A DNA stretch of 62,867 nucleotides, counting the filler, from Lenisia limosa (taxonomy: Eukaryota > Protista > Breviatea), in assembly GCA_001655205.1 (NCBI GenBank). It is 18 parts of 18 records of this genome, joined end to end, with 100 filler letters (N's around TTAATTAATTAA, not from the genome) between each part and the next. Parts side by side here need not be neighbours in the genome. Positions count along the whole stretch, not along the records: positions 1 to 2,853 come from LPNZ01001705.1; positions 2,954 to 7,185 come from LPNZ01002920.1; positions 7,286 to 10,361 come from LPNZ01003394.1; positions 10,462 to 13,211 come from LPNZ01006028.1; 14 more parts are not named here. The stretch is one strand, 5' to 3'. This document shows, piece by piece, positions 1-10,548 of this stretch (position 1 is the first letter of the stretch; every line of letters begins with the position of its first letter). A program made the translations under genes and the position numbers. The notes beneath the pieces were generated by a model, which searched no databases, was not told the origin of the DNA, and saw nothing but the letters and a program-made list of their open reading frames with translations.

Positions 1-60
1 TCGATATGTATACTATACCATATAAAGTTCTTTGATTCGTGTTCTCCATTCATAATGTAG

Positions 61-2155
61 CTGAAAGCGAAGAAGGCTCTGAGGCTGCGATTCGCCTCAA
101 ATTTGAGGAATATGTCATCTCATTCCTCACGTAAGTTCATGCGCTCATCTGATCAATGAGGTGAATTTTCTGGTCCCACAATACAGTGAACTTTGGGTTT
201 GCTTTGTCACTTTTGGGAAGGCTACATGGACAGATACCTGATTAACCGCCCAGGAGAGCAGCCTACGAAATTGACGTAGTGAAAAGGTCACCCGGGCCGG
301 ATATGCTGGAACTTGGTAGGCAGTGTTCTAATTTCAGTCTTCTTGTCATCATTTCTACAGGACTGCAGACTATCATAAGTTAATAGTGTTGCTACAGGTC
401 TTGTAAATAATGCCTCTGACCCCCCTCCCCTCAGATCGACTTGGGGAGTTCAACCCAGAATTTGTACGCGAATGGCTAGCCTCACGCAACTACCGCATAT
501 GGTCGCGTAACAGCAACCGATCGCGACTGGCCACTTTCAACATTCCGCACCCTGGCGGTCAGGACGTAGCCTTCATGGACAAAGTCTCGAAACAGCTGAA
601 AACGTGGGGAGATGGAGGGAGGGGGGTCAACTCATGAATTGATTGTTAGTTTGTTCTTTAACCTGAGCTTTTACCTCAAGTTGTTCACCATACCATATTG
701 ATATTGTTAATCTTGTTCCATTGACAATATTTACCTCCCCCCCCCCCAGCACTTCCGACTCCCTTCAGCCATACGGACAGAAATTCCAGGCCCAACTCTC
801 GAAAACAGGAGCTTCCATCTCAAATAACAGTAAAAAGGCTGGGTCCTTCCTATCTTCAAAATGGACCAAGCTTGTTGGTGTGTGGGTACATTGGCTGTTC
901 GAATAGGAATCTTAGCATATTGGCTTTAAGATAACGTTTTTTAGCGTCGGTGAAGAAACCCCCGGGTCGCTCCCCTGAACTTGACTCCGGTACGCCCCGA
1001 CTGGAAGTGGCTCCTTTTGAAGTTTTGATACGAAATCTGATCATTCGTCATCATTCGATCTGCCCATTTTCTGAGCTTTGATTCTTACACTCCAGGCAAA
1101 GGAGTCGAGTCGGTCGGTACAAAAAGCAAGGCCCCGTCACCGCCAGTCAAGCCCCATGAGCATGGTCGGTGGATTGTCTATGATACTAGAAATTATCAGT
1201 ATTGTAGCTTTTGAGCTCATATTACATACCAATTAAAGCTGAAATAATATCCAAAACTCTCCTCGTAAATAATTGACTCCATGTGCCCTGGGGTGTTGGG
1301 CTATGATGATCTTTATTCTTTTCTCCCCAATGTCTAACTCTAAAGGCCATTCAAAATCCCCTGAAATTCTGGTAGCCACGCCACCCATATTGCTTGAGGG
1401 TGATGACGTTGAGATTGACCTTGACAACCCTGGTACCAGGGGTGGGATACTTGTTGCAATGGTGTACTTTTGTGATTCTCACGATATGTTCTTGATTGAT
1501 TGCGGTTGTTTGTCTCATATAACCGCTTCGGTCTTAACCTTCAAGAACCCTTGAAAACAACAGCTACGCCCACAGTACCATCTCTTTCCCCCTCGGCAGG
1601 AATGACAACCCCCAAAGATCAACATGGTCTGTTGAAAAGCATGCGTGACAAGACCATATCTTATTACACAGCTTGTGTATTTACCCACTCAGAGGACCCC
1701 CTGGCTGATTGCTATGAGGCTGCAGTGGACTGTGATGTTGCGGCCCTCTCAAGTGACATCATCCCGAACGTTGAGAATGAGACTGTTCCTATTAATTCCG
1801 AGGAAAAGTCTCCGCTCTCGGCGGAAATTGATCTCAATGACGAGACCCCTAAGATAACTGACGTTCTTGGTAGGGGGGGGGGNNNNNNNNNNNNNNNNNN
1901 NNNNNNNNNNNNNNNNNNNNNNNNNNNNNNNNNNNNNNNNNNNNNNNNNNNNNNNNNNNNNNNNNNNNNNNNNNNNNNNNNNNNNNNNNNNNNNNNNNNN
2001 NNNNNNNNNNNNNNNNNNNNNNNNNNNNNNNNNNNNGAGTAGATGACATGATCTAATTTTACCTTATAGGCATGGAGCAAAGCGTGTATTACAGCATCAT
2101 GGATATGACTGACACTGCACAACAGGCTGAATCTGAAGGAGTGTATAACGCGTAG
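61..2155 (+). CDS. AVL9: AVL9/DENN-like late secretory pathway protein, 3' part, multi-exon (5'-partial)
   Basis: Spliced exons (about 61-130, 252-316, 430-607, 751-871) read EGSEAAIRLKFEEYVISFLT...LGEFNPEFVREWLASRNYRIWSRNSNRSRLATFNIPHPG. This matches the recalled AVL9 C-terminal pattern (GSxxWIRxQFExY...FxxxWxxTxNYRxW...HP). A low-complexity acidic tail follows, with a probable stop near 2155. Confidence 0.6.
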
Positions 2156-2200
2156 TTTTGTTTATTTTTCTTTCTTTGTTTATTTATTGAATATTTGCAT

Positions 2201-2650
2201 TTAGATTTGATTACTCTCAGTAAATGAAAACGGGATATATTGAAACGAACTACTTCTTTTGCTTCGCTTCAATTTGCCTGAGGTGTGAGAATCATAGACA
2301 TGTGGTGACTGTGAACAATATACTTTTCCAGTAGGTGCTTTGGTTTGGGGTATATCTAGACTTGCATACCGTTTCAATTTGAGGACGTTTGAGCGTTGCG
2401 GTTCGGGGATTCGTGCAATCTCATCATCGGTCAGGGACATTACTCGCGCTACAACCTGGGGGAGGGGTGATGAGAAAGATAGTCAACACCGTATACAACA
2501 ACAGCTAATAAGAGTTATATAATTATAGCTACATAACACCAACAAAACTGTCAACCCACAATAAAAGTACCTATCACGAGTTCAGCCCAACCAACCTTTT
2601 GCTGCAGTTGCTGGTTTTCGGCAGGCTTCTTAGCGGGGGGTGGTGCCTGG
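2201..2650 (-). CDS. Unknown protein, terminal exons
   Basis: C-run acceptor (ccccctccccag) precedes the ORF ...MSLTDDEIARIPEPQRSNVLKLKRYASLD...*; an upstream exon lies near 2580-2650. No recognisable family. Confidence 0.4.
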
Positions 2651-3095
2651 AGTTTGAGGCTGATTTACATTTTCACCATTCACAAAACACAATAATCGAA
2701 ACAGCTGTTGGCGACAAAGGGTGGGATCATCAAATAGAGTATTCCACAGTATATACTATAGGAAGACAGTGACATGGAAGATAGGCCTCATACCGCTAAA
2801 CTGGGGGGCATGGATCTCTTCAGTTCTGCGGATGGGGGGTTGGGGTTGGGGAANNNNNNNNNNNNNNNNNNNNNNNNNNNNNNNNNNNNNNNNNNNNTTA
2901 ATTAATTAANNNNNNNNNNNNNNNNNNNNNNNNNNNNNNNNNNNNNNNNNNNNTACGAGCATAATATTTGGGGAATCATTGTGTTATAAGCGTGATGGTG
3001 TGGACAGCTTCGGCCAGATACATCCTTGTTTTATTTCTCATCTCTACATATGGCCAAAAGGCAATTAATACCTACAGTTACCATTCTCCTCTTAG

Positions 3096-5079
3096 GCAAT
3101 TTACACCCCAGACCGGAGAGATGCTCGGCAAGGTCGAGGCTCATTCCGACTCCATTTCAAACATGCAGTACTCCTGGGACGGCCTTTGCATTATCACCGC
3201 TTCCAAGGTGCGGGGGTAGGGCAAACTGTCAAAAGCGACTGGCCTGGGCTTTGTTTTGTTNNNNNNNNNNNNNNNNNNNNNNNNNNNNNNNNNNNNNNNN
3301 NNNNNNNNNNNNNNNNNNNNNNNNNNNNNNNNNNNNNNNNNNNNNNNNNNNNNNNNNNNNNNNNNNNNNNNNNNNNNNNNNNNNNNNNNNNNNNNNNNNN
3401 NNNNNNNNNNNNNNNNNNNNNNNNNNNNNNNNNNNNNNNNNNNNNNNNNNNCCACCATTTCTCCCACCAAGGTTGGGGGATTCTCTGTGTCGTTTCCCTC
3501 CCAGTATATTTCCCGTTTTCACGTGTGGTATCTCAGGGTTTTGTTGCTCTTTTTTTTTCTCCCAATTCAAAAAAATAATATTTCCCCACCCTAGCCTGGG
3601 CTTTATTTGTTTTGTTGGTCTAATAACAGGGTTGATTTTGGACTCTCTTTTTCTCTCATAAGTTTCCCATTTTCACCCCGGGGTTGTTATTGCTTATTTT
3701 TTTGTTGGAGTTTCAGATTATTTGTTTTGATTAGTATCTTCACACCAATGTTCATCGTCGAAGTTTCTTTTATTTCATAAATTTTCCAATTTTACTCCCC
3801 CCCCCCNNNNNNNNNNNNNNNNNNNNNNNNNNNNNNNNNNNNNNNNNNNNNNNNNNNNNNNNNNNNNNNNNNNNNNNNNNNNNNNNNNNNNNNNNNNNNN
3901 NNNNNNNNNNNNNNNNNNNNNNNNNNNACCTCAACCCGTGTCGGCCGCTTTGAGTCCAGATTCTTCCACAAGATCTACACTGTGGGCAAGGCTTGATTGA
4001 ATTGGGTTGATTTTCGTGGGGTTTGGGGTGAAATGGAGTTGATTTTATTGGTTCAACAAGATTTACACTAAGGGTTAGGATTCTTGCACAAGATCTACAC
4101 CGTGAGATTAAATTGGGTTGATTATTCAGCCATTCTCTTTTATATTTTGGTTTTTTGGTTGACATTTTTACTCTTTTCCCCCACCCCCCAACCCTTGTAT
4201 GTTTCGCAAATATTTTGCCAACAGATTCTGGCTTTTTTGGTTAGTGATTGTTTTTCAATTTACGCCACCTCCACCTTGTTTTGTTACATTAAATTTCCTA
4301 TTTACTGTACGCTGGAGTAATGGGATGCGGTGCTGCAGAAGCGATTAGCCTGGGCTTTGATTGTTTTGTTGTTATCAACCCTTGTGTGTATTCAGCCGAG
4401 TTTATTTTGAGCTTCTTTTTTTTTTTCACAATTTAACAGAGTTGATTTGGGTGTTTCTTTCATAAATTTTCCAATTTTACTCCCCCCCCCCCCNNNNNNN
4501 NNNNNNNNNNNNNNNNNNNNNNNNNNNNNNNNNNNNNNNNNNNNNNNNNNNNNNNNNNNNNNNNNNNNNNNNNNNNNNNNNNNNNNNNNNNNNNNNNNNN
4601 NNNNTCGCCTTCGCCCCCGACGGCAAAAGCTTTGTCTCAGGTCCGCTGGGAAATGAGTTCTATTCAACTTGAGGGGGCTGGAATTAGGGCTTCACTTTGG
4701 TTCGAATAATAACTGAAATTGTCGATAAATCCTCGGAAACTTTCGATCCGGTCTTTAGACCGGCGTGAAGCCCTAGTTGGACTGTTTAAAAGGAGAATGA
4801 AAACTGTTCATTGTTAGAAGGAGGGAAATTAATTGCAATTTAACTTGAGGGGATCAATAGAAGCTAGGAGTATAGCTTCACGTAGGTCCTTTGAAGATAG
4901 TTTCGCTCAACCGCCTTTCGTTTCCTTCTTTTTTTTTTAGGACTACTTGCAATTATTTCTTACCCCCCCCCCCCCNNNNNNNNNNNNNNNNNNNNNNNNN
5001 NNNNNNNNNNNNNNNNNNNNNNNNNNNNNNNNNNNNNNNNNNNNNNNNNNNNNNNNNNTATTTCGAGAACAAGCTCTAG
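3096..5079 (+). CDS. EIF3I: Eukaryotic translation initiation factor 3 subunit I (WD40), partial multi-exon
   Basis: Exons read QFTPQTGEMLGKVEAHSDSISNMQYSWDGLCIITASK (3096-3207), TSTRVGRFESRFFHKIYT (about 3929-3981), AFAPDGKSFVSG (about 4604-4639) and YFENKL* (to 5079). These match eIF3i motifs (TTSTRIGKFEARFFH; AFHPDGKSYSSG). Confidence 0.9.
3225..3806 (+). repeat. Intron-3'-end repeat family, copy in eIF3i intron (interrupted by a gap)
   Basis: Contains aaaagcgactggcctgggctttgttttgtt, then ttggagtttcagatta, and ends ttcataaattttccaattttactcccccccccc before an N gap and the next exon. Confidence 0.85.
4307..4493 (+). repeat. Intron-3'-end repeat family, near-complete copy
   Basis: gtacgctggagtaatgggatgcggtgctgcagaagcgattagcctgggctttg...gttatcaacccttgtgtg...aacagagttgatttggg...ttcataaattttccaattttactcccccccccc, followed by a gap and an eIF3i exon. 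Confidence 0.9.
4685..4775. mobile_element. hAT-type MITE (TAGGGCTTCAC TIR family)
   Basis: Termini TAGGGCTTCAC...GTGAAGCCCTA; flanks gctggaat/gttggact give a 6/8 match (degenerate 8-bp TSD). Confidence 0.8.
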
Positions 5080-5465
5080 GTCCTTTCTTACGGTTAACAT
5101 TCAGTCTAAATCCAAAATCCAGAAATGTGTTCCAATATTTTTAATTCTTTGATCCAAAATCCAAATACAAAGATTATGGTTGATTATTCATTCACTTCAC
5201 CACACGAACGAGAACTTTCGTTTGTAATTCAGTCCCAATTGCCACCACTTTGACGCTGACTGCTTTAGCCTTTCTTTAGGTTAACATTCAGTTCTAATTC
5301 TTTTTTCACTTAAAAATGCCACCCCTATTCATATCATATTCCCAGTTACTTTTTCCACGATCAACATTTCTCTTGTCCCTTTTTCACTCATTTCATTTCA
5401 TAAATGATTATGGGAGGTCCAGTGTGATTGATTGAAACCATATTCTTCAGTATTATAAATTTCGC

Positions 5466-6930
5466 CTAGTTGAACCGCAAGAATGAAAGACATCGTGGAG
5501 AATAAATATGAACAACTGAAAAAACGACTTGAGACACTAGACTTAGAGAAGAGAGGGAACCAACCATAAATAAGAAACAGGACCATAATACGCGCTTCAG
5601 CCTTATGACGAGCCATGGTACAATTCCGGCTTGTTTCTTCGGATGAAAGGTGCAAGAATGTAACAGGCCAAGATGGCGTGGCAAGACAGGGTGTTGTTTG
5701 AGGTCTACATCGGTAAAGTAGAAGTTCAAGCAATGTTTGAGAGGGGTTGGACTAAATAAACCACCCTAATCTTAGATGGGCCCAAAAAGGCCTAAATTTG
5801 ACAGCAAAAAAACCAACAGGAGTATGGCGGGCTTTGTATTCAATGCATTTTATCCTTGCCACAAAAAGGCCTACATTTGGCATGCTCTCCACGCGACTAG
5901 CCATCATGTTGAAGACCGTGCCGGTTCGTTGCCAGTTTTGCGCGCGGTACGGAGCTGTGTACTCCGACTGCAGCACTGAGTAGCCGTTGGAGTCATATTG
6001 GATCACTAGATCGTGAGAAAATGCGGCATATTGGATCACTGGTCGTGAGAAAATGTGGCCATTTGGAGGTAGTGATTTATCGAGGATTTATCGAGGTTTC
6101 ACCCCCAGCTCACCGGTGTTAAGCGACAATGTGACCTCGTGCGAAGGCCCCACGCCAGGCGGAAGCGTGAAGCCTGTTTTGATCGTTGTCGGCAGGTTGA
6201 CAACGCCCTGAATGGTCACACACATTACATAGTGGTCATAATCACTACATTATGGTCACAATCACTACATTAGGAGTTTTGGTTACAAAATGTCCATTGA
6301 AATAAAATTTACAATCATTGCACGAAGTCCTAAACACTATGGTTGCATTATAACAAGGGCTTCACTTTGGTTCGAAAAAAGACTAAATTTTCCGATAAAT
6401 CCTCGAAATCTATCGATATTCTGCAGGTATTTTTCGAATGAACCCTAGCTATAACTACAAAAAAAAACAATACAGGCCAACATCAAAATTTCAAGAAAAA
6501 TGAGTCTCAACAAGGTCTTCCCTTCAGTCCGGAAAAGACAGAACTATCCAAAAAATATGAATATCAATGCTTATTGTATTTACCGGACTTTGTTCGGACC
6601 AAAGTGGGACCCCAGTGCAAAACCAATATTGCTAGGATTTCAGATACAGTTGGCCAGGTAAGTGTCTGTGAGAAAATCGGACAAGACTTACCTGGTGAAC
6701 AGGTATCATATCCCTATGTACTAAGTTTCACTCTGTTTTGATGTATAGATGCATCATACATATAGTAGATTATTTCTTCAAAAAAGAACATTGAGAAAAC
6801 TCGTCCTTCATAGCCCCATACAGGTTGTTCGCTGAGATCGATGAGGAGGCAGGGGGGGTAGCACATTGTCTGAAAATGAGAAACAAAAAAACCCGAATTC
6901 AACTCTGTTGGCCAAACATTTAAGAAATCC
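5466..6930 (-). CDS. Unknown multi-exon protein
   Basis: Clean GT-AG exons at about 6112-6208 (GVVNLPTTIKTGFTLPPGVGPSHEVTLSLNT) and 5876-6005 (IQYDSNGYSVLQSEYTAPYRAQNWQRTGTVFNMMASRVESMPN). Other exons are uncertain. Confidence 0.4.
6355..6447. mobile_element. hAT-type MITE copy
   Basis: aagggcttcactttggttcgaaaa...gaatgaacccta; flanks attataac/gctataac (6/8). Confidence 0.75.
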
Positions 6931-7006
6931 ATGTGAATACAAAAGCCCCCCTCCCCTCCATCTACAATCTTGAATTTTCAATTTTAAGAAGATACTTGCA
7001 CAAAAA

Positions 7007-7086
7007 TATTGCTTCACTTCGGTTCGAAAAGACAGTTTTCGAGGATATATCGAGACAGTCTTTTTTCAAACTGAAGTGAAGCCCAA
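7007..7086. mobile_element. hAT-type MITE copy (internally shortened)
   Basis: gcttcacttcggttcgaaaa...ttttcaaactgaagtgaagcccaa. Confidence 0.75.
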
Positions 7087-7401
7087 CTCCGAAATAATAG
7101 AAAATCACCCCCCTACCTTGGAAACAGAGGACTCAATGATAGGAAGGGCCTCTTCAAGTATCTTCTCCGCTACCACCGTGCTATCNNNNNNNNNNNNNNN
7201 NNNNNNNNNNNNNNNNNNNNNNNNNNNNNTTAATTAATTAANNNNNNNNNNNNNNNNNNNNNNNNNNNNNNNNNNNNNNNNNNNNAAAAAAAAAAAAACC
7301 CGAATTAGCAAAAAAACCCGAATTTTGAACTGACGCATATACAAACGAAAAAGTCGCTACAGTTTTCTTTCGGTTTCCGAAGCAACTTAAACCATTTTTA
7401 A

Positions 7402-8285
7402 TTGCAAAAACGGCATTTTGTAGACAAAGAGATTGGTGATAATTGGGGGTTTTGTGCAGTCACATTGTCTATTAACTCAGATACAGCCTTATGTGTCATA
7501 GCTCTCGAATTAAAAAATCTTCTTTGTGATGCTAATATCAAATGTCAACTTTTGGCCTCTCATTCTTCGTATATTTCTCAAATGATGGAAGTTGATCCTT
7601 ATGGGCCTTACAAGAAAAAGATGCAAAAGTATATTCGATCTGGAAGGGAAAAAATCCCTGACAATGTTGAAAATAAGGCTGCAGCTGTAAGATAATGTGT
7701 TATTGATGCTTCATTGAAATCTTATATATCCGGAAACAATCAGGTCAGCTTTCAAAAATGTTGGTATTCATGTTACTGGCTCAGATTTGAAGTTGGAGCC
7801 AAATGCTGTTCTCAAGCGTACAATCCCGAGTCAATGACTAAACCATTGACGCCACCCAGACCATCTTCTTTGGAATATTTGGCATTGACAAGTCCCAGGT
7901 GTCTGAAGTTTATTGAGAAAATCAAACACAGTGATGATGCTGTTAAAGTAGCCACAATCAAGGATTTTGCCGACCTCAAACACACCGAATCCATGAATGA
8001 ATTTGAAAAACAGAAAGCATCAAATGAATTACCTTGGGTTATTATTCTGATGACCCAACTACTAACTTGGACGATGATTCTTTGACAAATACTCAAACAA
8101 AAAGGACACAAATTGTTCCAATGACAGAAAAGGAGGCGTTTGGTGCTCAGCTGATTGAGAGAAAGAAAGAAGCTGCCATAGCACGCCGATATTAATTACT
8201 TAAAAGAGGGGTTTCAAATTTAAAAGATTGTTTCCAAAATAGAACTTCAAATTATCGCGGTCAGATTCATTATCGCGGTCAGAGA
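7402..8285 (+). pseudogene. Decayed pogo/Fot1-like (DDE_1, Tc1/mariner superfamily) transposase remnant
   Basis: Intronless ORF pieces separated by stops. ANIKCQLLASHSSYISQMMEVDPYGPYKKK resembles the pogo motif IxLxxLPxHxSHxxQPLDVxxFGPLK. It is followed at about 8251-8283 by two TTATCGCGGTCAG copies matching the TIR of the CAGTGACCGCGATAA MITEs. Confidence 0.6.
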
Positions 8286-8439
8286 GGATGACTTATATAT
8301 TTTTTAAAAAAAACAAAACCGCAATAATAATGTGGAGTTACCTAATAGAAAATAGAACATGACAGAAGGAATTAAATGAAAAGAAAAAACAAGAGTAAGA
8401 GGATCCTTTCTCTCATGCACACAAAACAGAATAATACCC

Positions 8440-10082
8440 TCCACCATACTGTGAAGTGACAGAGATGATTTTCAAAATGCTGTCCATCCACGATGAGTCA
8501 AGAACGCCCGGGTCCTCCATGGAGGGTGCGCTTGGCTCCTCAACGGGTTGTGATGGAAACTTTGCAAGGGGTCCAGGAGGAAGCTTGCCCTACATAAGTT
8601 AATTGGCACCATGCTTGGTTAATTCATCCCCCAAAACTAAAATACGGAAAGTGGGAAAGTCAACATGTGAAGCCTTCCATAATATTCAAAAACCCACGTC
8701 TTTAAAAGGGCGAATCAAGGGGTGATGCGCCACAAGACCTCTCAAAGCTGATGGTAATCTAAAGGGTGAAAATCATGTATGAAAATGGCAATATTCCGAA
8801 CCAAAATGTAACCAAGTTTTGTTGATGCTTATAGCCTTGCCATCAGCAATGGATTCAAGCACGATTACTGAGGTATCATATAAATGTGAAAGTTTCGTTG
8901 TGAACTTGACGGGATTTCGGCCACTATTCAGCATACGCAGTGAATACACGCAGCATGAGGCGCCAACGGTTGTCGAGAGAGTTGTTGAGTTCATGTGGCA
9001 TTTCCCTGGTCATGATGGCACTGACAATAGCCGCCTGTGATTGGTCAGCACTTTAGTAGATTAGGAAGATCATTCATTTGTGGAAATGAACAACAAAAAA
9101 GACATTTATAAGGATATAAGGATACTGATTCAAAATATTATTTGTACTTTTTTTAAAAGTCATTGATTGGTAAGTAATATACATGTACATGGAATACAAA
9201 CCCTCTACCTTGCCAGTGGACAAGCAGGCAGTAGTGAATGCGACAGCGGCGGCAGAAAACGAGTCACTCGACGCCAAAGTGGCCAGCGCTTGACCAAGGA
9301 CCACATGGAAGAGGAACCAGCTGACATGAATGACAAAGAGACACATACTACATACATTTTGCAAATGCATAATATCACTTCAATCCAAAAAGCCCAGCGT
9401 TGTTACACCAATAAGACAGAAATCTGCTGCTCCAGATTGCTATGACCAACTCACGAGGGATATGCGCCTCTTTCTGACCGAATCTCGAGACAGTCTGTTT
9501 GCGAGAGGTCTTTCACGAGGGACTAAGGGAGATAAACGTAGTGTGTTACTGTTTTCATGATCACATTTGGAACAAATTCACAGGCACGATACTATGTTAC
9601 CCCATCAGCTGAATGAAATATAGAACCTATACCTGAGACAAATATATCCTGTAATTCTGACAAATGAAGTCATTATACACATGCTACCTACCAATTCCTT
9701 AACAGAATCTGACGGAACCGGGTGGGGCAGAGACGGCAGTGTAGACAAGGCCAAAAGTCGGACGGAAGGTGTTTGGAAGCGTGACATGATTGCCTGGGGT
9801 AGACAAAGCCAGCTGACTGGAATGGGACAAGACTCGTCAGCAAGGAGACCCTCGAGGTCTGGCCACTTCTCCTATCGGGATGAAAACGAAGAGGCTAGGG
9901 GTGCAGTTGAGTTTGTTTGGAGAATTACTTCACAATATCACGATAACTCTTCAGATAACCAAACATCAAACAAAGATTCTCACCAAAACAGCGTGGGTCT
10001 CTCCAGAGCAACAAGCGTCGATGATGTCGACCAGGATATGCCACTGTTTCACAGCACAAGAATCCATCGAGGTGTCTCCTAA
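8440..10082 (-). CDS. Unknown multi-exon protein
   Basis: Minus-strand GT-AG exons, e.g. DTSMDSCAVKQWHILVDIIDACCSGETHAVL, EKWPDLEGLLADESCPIPVSWLCLPQAIMSRF...DSVKEL and GKLPPGPLAKFPSQPVEEPSAPSMEDPGVLDSSW. Confidence 0.5.
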
Positions 10083-10311
10083 ACAACAGTAAGGTCACGA
10101 GGCCTCTATGTTTTAAAACCATTGGTGTTGAGTTTTATCTGGCCTGAAATGCTGGGACACTCTGAGAAAGAGTAATAACAATTCAAATATGACTGTTAAT
10201 ATTAGGCTTCAGTGTCAGTTATGGATTTTATGTTCAAGATTTTGTGATTTTATACATAGAAACACAATATGTAGCGAGGTGATACACTAAGTATAATATA
10301 CTATATAAGTG

Positions 10312-10341
10312 GCCGAGTTTGGCCTTGACCGCGTATTTGGC
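10312..10341. repeat. 18-bp tandem repeat (tttggccttgaccgcgta) at scaffold end
   Basis: Two full units plus a partial unit run into the linker gap. Confidence 0.7.
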
Positions 10342-10548
10342 CTTGACCGCGTATCTGGCCTNNNNNNNNNNNNNNNNNNNNNNNNNNNNNNNNNNNNNNN
10401 NNNNNTTAATTAATTAANNNNNNNNNNNNNNNNNNNNNNNNNNNNNNNNNNNNNNNNNNNNAAATGGGGATGGATTTGATCTTCAAGGAAGTCAAAAAGA
10501 GTAAATAAAGGTTGCCAACCTCAATAGGATGTATCAACAGTCAAATGT

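Noticed and set aside
4307-4493. tRNA-derived SINE origin of the intron cassette
   Set aside because: An A-box-like TGGAGTGATGG and a B-box-like GGTTCGTGA exist, but the B-like motif lies upstream of the A-like motif and no cloverleaf remnant is visible.
9681-10082. 133-aa plus-strand ORF
   Set aside because: It overlaps two well-formed minus-strand exons with proper GT-AG boundaries and is likely a shadow ORF.
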